Shown here in pieces: positions 12,245-19,890 of a DNA stretch of 32,000 nucleotides; within the stretch, counting starts at the first letter, position 1, and every line of letters starts with the position of its first letter. A program made the translations under genes and the position numbers. Below the pieces are notes generated by a model. The model saw only the letters and a program-made list of their open reading frames with translations, was not told the origin of the DNA and did not search any database. Source of the stretch: Candidatus Nanosynbacter sp. BB002. GTDB lineage: Bacteria; Patescibacteriota; Saccharimonadia; Saccharimonadales; Saccharimonadaceae. The stretch is from NCBI RefSeq assembly GCF_037013405.1, contig NZ_CP146064.1:540001-572000 (forward strand). Direction: 5' to 3'.

Positions 12245-15044
12245 CAACGTTAAGTAGTTTACCCGGAACATAAACCATCTTTTTAGGTGGTTTATTGTTT
12301 GTGAATTTTTGAACATTGGCGTCAGCTAAAGCTGCTTCTTCAATACCCTGCTGGTCGATGTCGGCTGGCAGCTCCAGCTTTGATCGAAGCTTACCATTGA
12401 CCTGGACGATGATGGTCATTACATCACTCACCAGATATTTCTCGTCCCACTTTGGCCAGTGATTGACGTGAATGGTATCAGTGTGGCCCAGTTCCTGCCA
12501 CAACTCTTCGGTGATATGTGGCGCGAATGGCGCCAAAATCTGTAGCAGGCTCTCCAGAGTAAACTGCCACGTTTCTGTCGCTTGCATACCGTGTGCTTCT
12601 TTGAACTTGTATAGGCCGTTCACCATTTCCATCATTGCCGCCACCGCTGTATTGAACTTTTCGTCCTCAATGTCGCGAGTGACTTTTTTGATGGTTGAGT
12701 GCGTTAGGCGAAGCAGTTCTTGGTCATCTTCAGAAGTAGATTCAGGTGCTGCTACAAACTCCTGCACCATATTCCACACTCGATTGAGGAACCGATACGT
12801 CCCTGGCACACCGCGCGGATCCCACGGTGCATCCATATCATACGGCGCGATGAACATCTCGTAAACACGCAGCGCATCGGCACCGTAACCGCTATCCATA
12901 ATCTCCATTGGATCGATGACATTGCCCTTGGATTTACTCATCTTTTGGCCGTCTGGCGCCATGATGTAAGCGTTATACATCATCCGCTTGAATGGTTCTG
13001 GCGTCGGCACTAGACCGAGTTTATAGAAAAAGCGCATCCAAAAACGACTGTACAATAGGTGCGCTACCGCATGGTCGGCGCCATTGTAATAATCAACCGG
13101 CATCCAATGACCAATTCTCTCAGGATTCCACGCCTCGGCATCATTGTGCGGATCAAGATAGCGCAGGAAATACCAGCTGGAGCAGGCATAGCCATCCAGT
13201 GTGTCAGTTTCGCGTCGACCTTCACGCCAATTGTCGCCCGCTGGCTTCGGCTCGGTGATCGGCACCGTTTTACCCGTTTCAACATCAGCCCACACGCGCA
13301 CCCAATCATCAACTTGTGCTAGGACTGACGTATTACCGCCCGTTGGCTTGAAGTTCTCAACTTCTGGCAGAATCACCGGCAAGCACTCATCCGCTACAGC
13401 GATTGGCCTGAAACCGTCAACATGGACCATCGGAATCGGCGCGCCCCAGTACCGCTGGCGAGAAATCAGCCAGTCACGCATTTTGTAAGTAGTTTTGCCT
13501 CGACCAGAACCCTGCTGTTCCAGCCAGGCTACGATTTGTTCGCGGGCGTCCTCGCTGCGCGTGCCGTCAAATTGCCCAGAATTGATCAACTCACCTTCGC
13601 CAGTGTAGCAGCCGACGTCTGCGGAATCCTCCGGTTTATCAACCACTTGAACAATTGGCAAGTCAAATTTCTCAGCAAAGGTAAAGTCACGTTCATCATG
13701 CGCCGGTACCGCCATGACTGCACCCGTGCCATAGCCACTCAGTACATAGTCCGCCACCCAAATTGGCAGCTTCTGACCGTTGACTGGGTTGATGGCATAG
13801 CTGCCAGTAAAGACGCCGGATTTATCTTTGTTTTCCTGGCGCTCAACGTCAGACTTCTGCTGAGCCGCTTGAACGTATGCTTCAACCTTGGCGCGCGTGT
13901 CGGCATTGACCAACTGAGAAACCAGTGGGTGTTCTGGCGCCAAAGCCACGTAGCTGGCGCCAAACAAGGTGTCGGGTCGCGTGGTGAATACGGTGATTGG
14001 TGGTACATACTCGAAATCATAAACCGTGAATGTATCCTCTAGTGAAACTTCTTCACCATAGAACTTTTTAAAACTCAACAATTTTTCATTATCATCACTA
14101 TAACGTTCATGTCCAGAAATATCGTTAGATATATCTCTTAGTGGAAGCTGGTGGATATTAACTATTTTTATATATCCAAATGAATATACTTTTTCTCCAT
14201 CACGCACCATAGCATCAGCAATATCGCCAACCTTCAGTTTTTTAGCTTCATACCTAATTGTATTGGTTTTTTCACCAGAAATAACTTTTTCTGCCAAATC
14301 AGGGGTGAATTTTAAAGAGTCAGATGCCGTTAAATTAAGGGTAAAGTCAACTTCCGCGCCAACCGACCGGCCAATCCAATTTTTCTGCATGGTTTTGACC
14401 ATCTCCGTCCAGTCCAAGTCGTCAGTTGCCTCCAACATCTCATCGGCGTAGGCGGTGATGCGGAAAAACCACTGTTTGAGGTTGCGCTTGGTGACAGGAT
14501 TGCCGCAACGCCAACATTTGCCGCCCTCAACCTGCTCGTTAGCCAGCACCGTATTGTCAGTATCGCACCACCACTGCGGCTGTTCCTTTTGGTACGCCAA
14601 ATCGTGTTTGTATAGCTGCGTAAAAATCCACTGAGTCCATTTGTAGTACTCTGGATCAGCCGTAGAAATTTCCTTCGACCAATCATAACTAAATCCGAGT
14701 CGCTTCAGCTGAGCGATGAAGTGTGCCTTGGCTTCATCGTGCGCCACTCGCGGCGTTTTACCAACCTTGATGGCGTAGTTCTCCACTGGCAGGCCAAAGC
14801 TATCCCACCCGATTGGATGATATACATTGTAGCCTTGCTGACGCTTCAGGCGCGCTTTGATGTCAGCAAACTGAAACGTCCGACCGTGACCGATATGAAT
14901 ACCAGCCCCGGTAATGCCAGGAAGCATACTCAAACTATAGTATTTTGGGCGCGTCGTATCACCAAGGTCAGTGACGTAGGTACCATCAGCCTCCCATTTA
15001 TCTTGCCATTTTTTCTCAATTTCCGTCGGATTGTAGCGTTTCAT
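12237..15044 (-). CDS. leuS: leucine--tRNA ligase, carrying an extra inserted domain
   Basis: HIGH motif (GIHIGHG), Zn-1 (CWRCGNP), editing domain (TTRPDTLFGASY, GTGAVMAVPAHDERD) and KMSKS (QKMSKSKGN). The track start 15101 lies inside the upstream terminator hairpin. I prefer ATG 15044 (MKRYNPTEIEKKWQ), the canonical LeuS N-terminus. Confidence 0.95.
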   Translation of the reverse strand: MKRYNPTEIEKKWQDKWEADGTYVTDLGDTTRPKYYSLSMLPGITGAGIHIGHGRTFQFADIKARLKRQQGYNVYHPIGWDSFGLPVENYAIKVGKTPRVAHDEAKAHFIAQLKRLGFSYDWSKEISTADPEYYKWTQWIFTQLYKHDLAYQKEQPQWWCDTDNTVLANEQVEGGKCWRCGNPVTKRNLKQWFFRITAYADEMLEATDDLDWTEMVKTMQKNWIGRSVGAEVDFTLNLTASDSLKFTPDLAEKVISGEKTNTIRYEAKKLKVGDIADAMVRDGEKVYSFGYIKIVNIHQLPLRDISNDISGHERYSDDNEKLLSFKKFYGEEVSLEDTFTVYDFEYVPPITVFTTRPDTLFGASYVALAPEHPLVSQLVNADTRAKVEAYVQAAQQKSDVERQENKDKSGVFTGSYAINPVNGQKLPIWVADYVLSGYGTGAVMAVPAHDERDFTFAEKFDLPIVQVVDKPEDSADVGCYTGEGELINSGQFDGTRSEDAREQIVAWLEQQGSGRGKTTYKMRDWLISRQRYWGAPIPMVHVDGFRPIAVADECLPVILPEVENFKPTGGNTSVLAQVDDWVRVWADVETGKTVPITEPKPAGDNWREGRRETDTLDGYACSSWYFLRYLDPHNDAEAWNPERIGHWMPVDYYNGADHAVAHLLYSRFWMRFFYKLGLVPTPEPFKRMMYNAYIMAPDGQKMSKSKGNVIDPMEIMDSGYGADALRVYEMFIAPYDMDAPWDPRGVPGTYRFLNRVWNMVQEFVAAPESTSEDDQELLRLTHSTIKKVTRDIEDEKFNTAVAAMMEMVNGLYKFKEAHGMQATETWQFTLESLLQILAPFAPHITEELWQELGHTDTIHVNHWPKWDEKYLVSDVMTIIVQVNGKLRSKLELPADIDQQGIEEAALADANVQKFTNNKPPKKMVYVPGKLLNVVI
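12270..12305 (+). terminator. possible terminator for gene 11738..12244, embedded in the leuS 3' coding region
   Basis: 8-bp AT-rich stem ATAAACCA/TGGTTTAT (12270..12277 with 12288..12295), then TGTTTGTGAATTTTT. The stem is weak. Confidence 0.3.
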
Positions 15045-15051
15045 ATCTGTA

Positions 15052-15060
15052 ATTATAGCA
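15052..15060 (-). promoter_or_regulatory. extended -10 (TGCTATAAT), 7 nt before ATG 15044 (leuS); leaderless candidate
   Basis: Minus strand reads gattttcgTGCTATAATtacagatATGAAACGC. It lies directly after the upstream terminator hairpin. No Shine-Dalgarno, and no room for a T-box leader. Confidence 0.55.
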
Positions 15061-15091
15061 CGAAAATCGCCCCACATGAGAGTGGGGCGAT
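15061..15091 (-). terminator. intrinsic terminator after gene 15113..16294
   Basis: 9-bp stem ATCGCCCCA/TGGGGCGAT (15066..15074 with 15083..15091). On the minus strand it is followed by TTTCG and then immediately by the leuS -10. Confidence 0.6.
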
Positions 15092-15112
15092 TGACTGTCA
15101 ACGAAAGGCTAG

Positions 15113-16294
15113 TTACGCTTCGTCAGCGTCACTGGCTGAGTTTGTCGAAGTACTAGTTTTTGGAACAAAGCTAGACAGTGGGCTTGATTGGAGCTTTTTC
15201 ATCACATCTTTCAAGTCTTTTGCATCAGATGGTGCTTCAACCTTCTTGGCATCGCCATACATGACGCCTGTCTCAAGAGAGACCTTATTGCCCTCAGATG
15301 AACCCTCAAATTCTACGCGGCGAACTTGCCTCTTTGAGTTGTCGATCCACAGTTTCAGAGAAACATCTACCTTCTTGAAATCAAGTGCATCTGTGTCGAG
15401 CGCTTTCGAGCTACTGCCGCCACATTCTTTGATCTTCTTGGCATATGTTGTTTCACTCAATGCCTTGGCAAAGTTTTTACGTTTCTCAAGAGTAGCGTCA
15501 CTCAGGTCAATTTCAAATCCACGCAGACCATCTTTTGTTCCCAAATCTTTTTTGATTTGTAGGAAATTGTTGTCGCGGTATACTTGAGCGATCTCTTCGC
15601 GAACAGCAGTATCATCCTTAGCGCGGCGAACTGCATTCATCACACATTTTGCTTCTTCTGACTGCTCTAGGTCGTCTGAAGAGATCTTGATCCAGTGGCC
15701 GTCGATCTCATTGATGAGCGTCTCAAATTGTTTCAGCATCGTTTCTTTGAGTGATTTTGTCTGAGATCGGCCAGAAATCGCACCACCTGGCGAGGAAACG
15801 CTTTCCATGTAACGATCTATCGCTGTCTCGATTGAGCTACGAACATTATCCAGTTTAATATACGTTGCGTCTTCAGTATTGCGTACATTCACTTTTGGCA
15901 GAGAGAATTGTATTGACTTGTCAGAACCACCGGCGTTAACTGTTATATCAGCCTGCAGCTCTTGACTCTTCTCTGCGTCTGATGATTTGAGCTTGATGGT
16001 GACTTTTTGATTACCCTTACCTTCAAAAGTCAGCCGTCCTTCAGTGACAGAGTTCTTCGACATGATCGCGTTAACAATTGACGCTTCCAGCGCACGCTGT
16101 GGGTTATTAAATACCAACAGATACCACAACAGTCCTGCAATCAAGCCGATGGTAACTAACGACCCCACAACCAAACTAATAATCAACTTTTTGCGGTTTT
16201 TCTTTTTCGGTTTGTTGATCGCACCCATGATAGGCGGCTGCTCAGCCGGCGGCGTTGACTCAGCCGGTGCTGTTGTTGGCTGCTGTATGCTCAT
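15113..16294 (-). CDS. hypothetical membrane-anchored extracytoplasmic protein
   Basis: 393 aa. Pro-rich N-terminus, a KKKNRKK stop-transfer stretch, one TM helix (LIISLVVGSLVTIGLIAGLLWYLLV), a large soluble domain and a Ser/Thr/Asp tail. GGAGGG Shine-Dalgarno at 16298..16303, with its own -10 and a downstream terminator. No family recognised. Confidence 0.6.
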   Translation of the reverse strand: MSIQQPTTAPAESTPPAEQPPIMGAINKPKKKNRKKLIISLVVGSLVTIGLIAGLLWYLLVFNNPQRALEASIVNAIMSKNSVTEGRLTFEGKGNQKVTIKLKSSDAEKSQELQADITVNAGGSDKSIQFSLPKVNVRNTEDATYIKLDNVRSSIETAIDRYMESVSSPGGAISGRSQTKSLKETMLKQFETLINEIDGHWIKISSDDLEQSEEAKCVMNAVRRAKDDTAVREEIAQVYRDNNFLQIKKDLGTKDGLRGFEIDLSDATLEKRKNFAKALSETTYAKKIKECGGSSSKALDTDALDFKKVDVSLKLWIDNSKRQVRRVEFEGSSEGNKVSLETGVMYGDAKKVEAPSDAKDLKDVMKKLQSSPLSSFVPKTSTSTNSASDADEA

Positions 16295-16323
16295 ATACCC
16301 TCCAAATTACTACTATGTTATGT

Positions 16324-16332
16324 ATTATATCA
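16324..16332 (-). promoter_or_regulatory. extended -10 (TGATATAAT) for gene 15113..16294 (leadered)
   Basis: Minus strand reads gcTGATATAATacataacatagtagtaatttGGAGGGtatATG. It begins 2 nt after the Mur ligase stop. Confidence 0.45.
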
Positions 16333-16333
16333 G

Positions 16334-17632
16334 CTAATAGCTAAAACGAGAGAAAAATGCATTCTTCCTAGCTATCCACTCTGGCGTTTGACGAACTAAT
16401 TTGTTTTCATCAACCGCTGTATGGAGGTTAATTTTGATGGCTTCCTCCAGCCAGACACCGCCCGAAGAACCTTTGAACAGCGCAATACCGTCTTTTTTCA
16501 GTTTGTCGCGCACAAAACTACCAGCTTCGATGGCGTCTTTGCATTCTTTTACCTGGCAGCCACGCTGACGAGCCGATGGCGCCAAATACTGGTTGGCCAT
16601 TTCTCCAACTGTCACTACCCAGTCAAGTTCATTGGGGTTACACAGATAGCCTAGTTTGGACATTTCTTGCGGCATTGATTCTCTCAAACCGTTGATATTG
16701 CCTAGGACAGCGATTTTTTGGGGAGCGCTCAAACTATACAATGTCTGAATAGCCGCAGTTGTGGTTGATGGCGACGCGCTGTAACTGTCGTCCAGAAGAA
16801 TAGTGCCATCAGCACCGCGCAGCAGCTGCATTCGTCCTGGAATTGGACGCAGTGCCGCCAAGCCTCGCTGAATTGAGCCGACATCCATGCCTAATTTGAC
16901 AGCCACGGCCATGGCAGCTACTGCTGGTCTGAGGTTGTGTTCGCCCAGCAGTTTCAATTGCGTCTGGATACCCTCTGGATATTCTGGCGACACCATAGCA
17001 CCAAAATGCCCTTCAGTGAGCGAGAAATCATGTTCATCAAAATAGTATTCTGCGACCCCACTGGTGCCATAGGTGGTTATATTAGGATTGGTAACAAAGG
17101 CCGCAAACCGACCTTCGATGTCATCGCGATTGATCAACGCCATCCGAGAATTATTACCCAGTGTGATCATTTCCTGAGCGACTTCTTCTATGGTATGTTC
17201 AACGCGCATGCGCCCTGTAGTGACAGAAGTGATGACGGCGATATCCGGCAAAATGACGGTTTTAAACCAATCATGAAAGCCAATGCTTTGCGGGCTAAAT
17301 TCCTGGACGATCACTTGCGCTTCTGGATGCTCAGCGCGAGCTCGTTTTTTGACAGCGCGATACATATTGCGGCGTGCGAAGAATCCCCATTTTTTTTCAG
17401 GACCCTCAGGATAGCGTACTCCCATGATCTGCAGTAAAGTCTGCATGTGAGATTTTGGCTCCAGCTGCGGCATAGCGATAGCATAGCGCTGCGACAAAAC
17501 CGTACCGATGGCGATCTTGGCGCTCGTTTTGCCAGTACTACCCGTCACCGCTATCAATTTGACATCCGCGTGCGAAGCAAAAAACTCACGCACTAACAAT
17601 GGGATTTTCTTTTCAAATGATCGTCGAAACAT
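16334..17632 (-). CDS. Mur ligase family protein, MurF-like (UDP-MurNAc-tripeptide--D-Ala-D-Ala ligase-like)
   Basis: P-loop AVTGSTGKTS, plus LLGEHNLRPAVAAMAVAV and LLDDSYSASP, which resemble the MurF motifs GxHN and DDSYNAN. The track start is TTG 17689. I prefer ATG 17632 (MFRRSFEKK...) because TGGTATGAT lies 6 nt upstream. Confidence 0.7.
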   Translation of the reverse strand: MFRRSFEKKIPLLVREFFASHADVKLIAVTGSTGKTSAKIAIGTVLSQRYAIAMPQLEPKSHMQTLLQIMGVRYPEGPEKKWGFFARRNMYRAVKKRARAEHPEAQVIVQEFSPQSIGFHDWFKTVILPDIAVITSVTTGRMRVEHTIEEVAQEMITLGNNSRMALINRDDIEGRFAAFVTNPNITTYGTSGVAEYYFDEHDFSLTEGHFGAMVSPEYPEGIQTQLKLLGEHNLRPAVAAMAVAVKLGMDVGSIQRGLAALRPIPGRMQLLRGADGTILLDDSYSASPSTTTAAIQTLYSLSAPQKIAVLGNINGLRESMPQEMSKLGYLCNPNELDWVVTVGEMANQYLAPSARQRGCQVKECKDAIEAGSFVRDKLKKDGIALFKGSSGGVWLEEAIKINLHTAVDENKLVRQTPEWIARKNAFFSRFSY

Positions 17633-17638
17633 ATACTC

Positions 17639-17647
17639 ATCATACCA
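17639..17647 (-). promoter_or_regulatory. extended -10 (TGGTATGAT), 6 nt before ATG 17632 (Mur ligase); leaderless candidate
   Basis: Minus strand reads cttaTGGTATGATgagtatATGTTTCGA. Confidence 0.45.
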
Positions 17648-17821
17648 TAAGCGACTTGCCGAAACCAACGCAAGTCGCCGAAATAGCAAAGCGGAGCTGC
17701 TACGCGCCCACCCGGGGCATGTTGAAAATGTGTTTGTCTTTCAATTGGCAAGCATAGGAGATGCCCCTATGCGTACCAGCTCACTTGTGATTATGCACCA
17801 ATTGCCATAAAAACACAAGCA

Positions 17822-18520
17822 CTATTTTTGCTTTGTGCATTCTGGCAAGACTTTTCCGGCAAGAGCTACTGCCATCAGTACCGCAAAACCACACATAATC
17901 GACGGGATGCCAGTGATGGTTGATGGATCGATGATATTGACAAATGTCGTTGGCGCAATGAACAGCACGTAGCCGATGATCAATGACCACAATGAGCGGC
18001 GAATGTGTTTTTTGGCGTTTTTGCCACGGGTGTAGGCGTAGGCAATCGCCACAAACAATAAGCCATAGTAATACAATCCGTACCATTCACTGATGCCTGG
18101 CTGATTTTCAAAAATGACATAGTTTCCCAAGCAAACGCCAGCGCTAACACCGTTTACGGCTAGCAAAAAGTAGCTAATGAACACGACCGCTAAGGTATAC
18201 CCCAGCACTGGAATCCAACGTCGTTTGTCGGCAGAGATTTGATAGACTAAATGAATACCAAGAGGCGGCAACATTGTGATCGCCACGTACCCAAGCTTTG
18301 CCCAACCCACGCTATCAAACAGCACCGTGCCTTCACAAACGTTATATTCAGCCCATTGAAACAGCGCTAGACAAACGAGCAGTGCCACGACAATCCTCGT
18401 TACAGGATTTAATTTGTAGCGCCATAGTGTATGCAATGCTAAAATAATCTCAATAGCTAAGGTCGCTAACATAACTGGCGGTGAAAAACAGTAGAGCTTT
18501 GGTGTTCTGAATTTATCCAT
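17822..18520 (-). CDS. hypothetical polytopic membrane protein (about 7 TM)
   Basis: The track start is 18529. I prefer ATG 18520 (MDKFRTPK...) because TATAAT lies 7 nt upstream. About seven hydrophobic helices, no family recognised. Follows the GT2 gene. Confidence 0.5.
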   Translation of the reverse strand: MDKFRTPKLYCFSPPVMLATLAIEIILALHTLWRYKLNPVTRIVVALLVCLALFQWAEYNVCEGTVLFDSVGWAKLGYVAITMLPPLGIHLVYQISADKRRWIPVLGYTLAVVFISYFLLAVNGVSAGVCLGNYVIFENQPGISEWYGLYYYGLLFVAIAYAYTRGKNAKKHIRRSLWSLIIGYVLFIAPTTFVNIIDPSTITGIPSIMCGFAVLMAVALAGKVLPECTKQK

Positions 18521-18527
18521 ATAGTGC

Positions 18528-18533
18528 ATTATA
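18528..18533 (-). promoter_or_regulatory. -10 (TATAAT), 7 nt before ATG 18520 (7-TM protein); leaderless candidate
   Basis: Minus strand reads ctagtgTATAATgcactatATGGAT. It lies immediately after the GT2 stop. Confidence 0.35.
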
Positions 18534-18535
18534 CA

Positions 18536-19312
18536 CTAGTCTTGGTCGGTCTTGATGTGGTGCTTTCGGTAGAATAACCTGGCAGACTGCTCAACTTCCC
18601 GGTGGCGAGCCTTGCCGCGAACATCAATATCCAGATGCGTACAGACGATATCTCCAGTCACCATAATCTTCACACCCGCCTCACGCAGTCGATGCGCCAA
18701 ATCTTGCCCTTCGTGATAACGAAACGCTGCGTCATAGCCGCCAACCTGCATAAAATCATCAATCAACAGTGCAAAACTTCCCTCAGCGACCCAGTCAACC
18801 TGGCGATCCGTCGCAACTCGCTGGCCCCAAATCCATGGATAATCCCAGCCTTGCTGTTGCAACATTTGGCGGTCGTCTGCCTGAGTTGCCCGCGTAAATT
18901 GCCAGTCGTGCTGGGGGTGCATTTCATGACCATAATTCCAGGCCATCGGCTGACCGTTGTTGTAGAGAATAGTACTGCCAAGCATGATATGATTTTCGCC
19001 AGCAAACTTTTGGCGCAATATATCAGCAACATTCTCTGTCTCAACGCGCATGTCACAATCGATAAACCATACAATGCCTGTGTTATGTAAGTCCAAAAAA
19101 CGATTGCGATTCGCTCCCGCGCCAATATTTTTCTCACCAAAGATAAAATTGACTGCCGGAAACTCACGAGCGACGTCTTGCAGTACTTGCTGGTCAGTAG
19201 AATGATCATCAAGCACCGTGATGCTGTCAAAATCCTGCTCTGTCAGCTGCGCCAAAAGATCTTTCAAAGCCCGAGGAGCGTTATAGTGTGGGATGGCGAC
19301 GTGAACTTGCAT
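18536..19312 (-). CDS. glycosyltransferase family 2
   Basis: 258 aa. GT-A N-terminus VAIPHYNAPRALKDLLAQL...VLDDHSTD, then NIGAGANRN and a DxD-like FIDCDM. Its ATG abuts the stop of the upstream ITPase gene. Confidence 0.8.
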   Translation of the reverse strand: MQVHVAIPHYNAPRALKDLLAQLTEQDFDSITVLDDHSTDQQVLQDVAREFPAVNFIFGEKNIGAGANRNRFLDLHNTGIVWFIDCDMRVETENVADILRQKFAGENHIMLGSTILYNNGQPMAWNYGHEMHPQHDWQFTRATQADDRQMLQQQGWDYPWIWGQRVATDRQVDWVAEGSFALLIDDFMQVGGYDAAFRYHEGQDLAHRLREAGVKIMVTGDIVCTHLDIDVRGKARHREVEQSARLFYRKHHIKTDQD

Positions 19313-19888
19313 TTATTCGCTCACCTCATTAGCAAACCAGCTGCCAAATTTTTGCCAATGCTGGAAATTAGTGGGGTCAATCTTTTTATCATTGCAGCGA
19401 TGTTCAAACTCTTCCGCAATCGTTAATCCACCACTACCTTCCATTGATACGACCTGATTCATCGACATCCCTTCGCCGTGCGGTTCACTCACAAAAACAC
19501 CATATCGGTCAAACCTAAATACCTTTAGCTTATCACCATCAAAATACGCCACGACGTCATGCAATATGATTCTCCGATCATCTTTATCTTTCATCAAAGC
19601 CAAAAAATCTTCAGTCGTAAACCAGCCAACAACATCTTTCATATAACCGCCCGGAAAGCCGCCCAGTGCTGGAATTTCCCAGCTGCTATCATTAACAACA
19701 ACCGGCTGGCCTGCTTTTTCATACGCCGACTTAACTTTCGCTTCGGTAATTTTCAGCGGATCATGATGCTGGATCTCATCAATGTCAATTTGTAGCGGCT
19801 CGACAACAATCCCATAACCTTCCAGAACTGACCTGGCTTCTTCAAGTTTGTGCGGATTGCTGGTGATAAAAGTGATTGTTTTCATCAC
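19313..19888 (-). CDS. non-canonical purine NTP pyrophosphatase (ITPase/Ham1 family)
   Basis: 191 aa. ITFITSNPHKLEEA (the TxNxxKxxE motif) and IDEIQ...PVVVNDSSWEIPALGGFPGGYMKDV align with my memory of human ITPA (IDLPEYQ...[25 protein letters not shown]). Confidence 0.8.
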   Translation of the reverse strand: MMKTITFITSNPHKLEEARSVLEGYGIVVEPLQIDIDEIQHHDPLKITEAKVKSAYEKAGQPVVVNDSSWEIPALGGFPGGYMKDVVGWFTTEDFLALMKDKDDRRIILHDVVAYFDGDKLKVFRFDRYGVFVSEPHGEGMSMNQVVSMEGSGGLTIAEEFEHRCNDKKIDPTNFQHWQKFGSWFANEVSE

Positions 19889-19890
19889 AC

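Noticed and set aside
13998-14336. Whether the LeuS insertion is an intein.
   Set aside because: There is no Cys/Ser/Thr at the N-terminal junction, no C-terminal His-Asn followed by a nucleophile, and no intein blocks. At about 113 aa it reads as an ASCH-like fold instead.
15045-15101. N-terminal extensions proposed by the ORF track for leuS (15101), ligA (23326), trmD (8372), the Mur ligase (17689), Nudix (11065), the pilin (30628), and TTG starts at 11702 and 26912.
   Set aside because: The extra residues are non-conserved. They overlap terminator hairpins, promoter hexamers or the preceding gene. Downstream ATGs give canonical N-termini with proper promoter or Shine-Dalgarno context.
17690-17821. 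A 130-nt non-coding gap with a hairpin (GCATAGG-agatgcc-CCTATGC), flanking CAATTGG/CCAATTG arms and a 13-codon ORF (MRTSSLVIMHQLP) as a possible small RNA or leader peptide.
   Set aside because: The stems are short. Nothing resembles a known riboswitch or sRNA family that I can recognise. The hairpin may simply be a weak terminator for the 7-TM gene. Evidence is insufficient without conservation or expression data.
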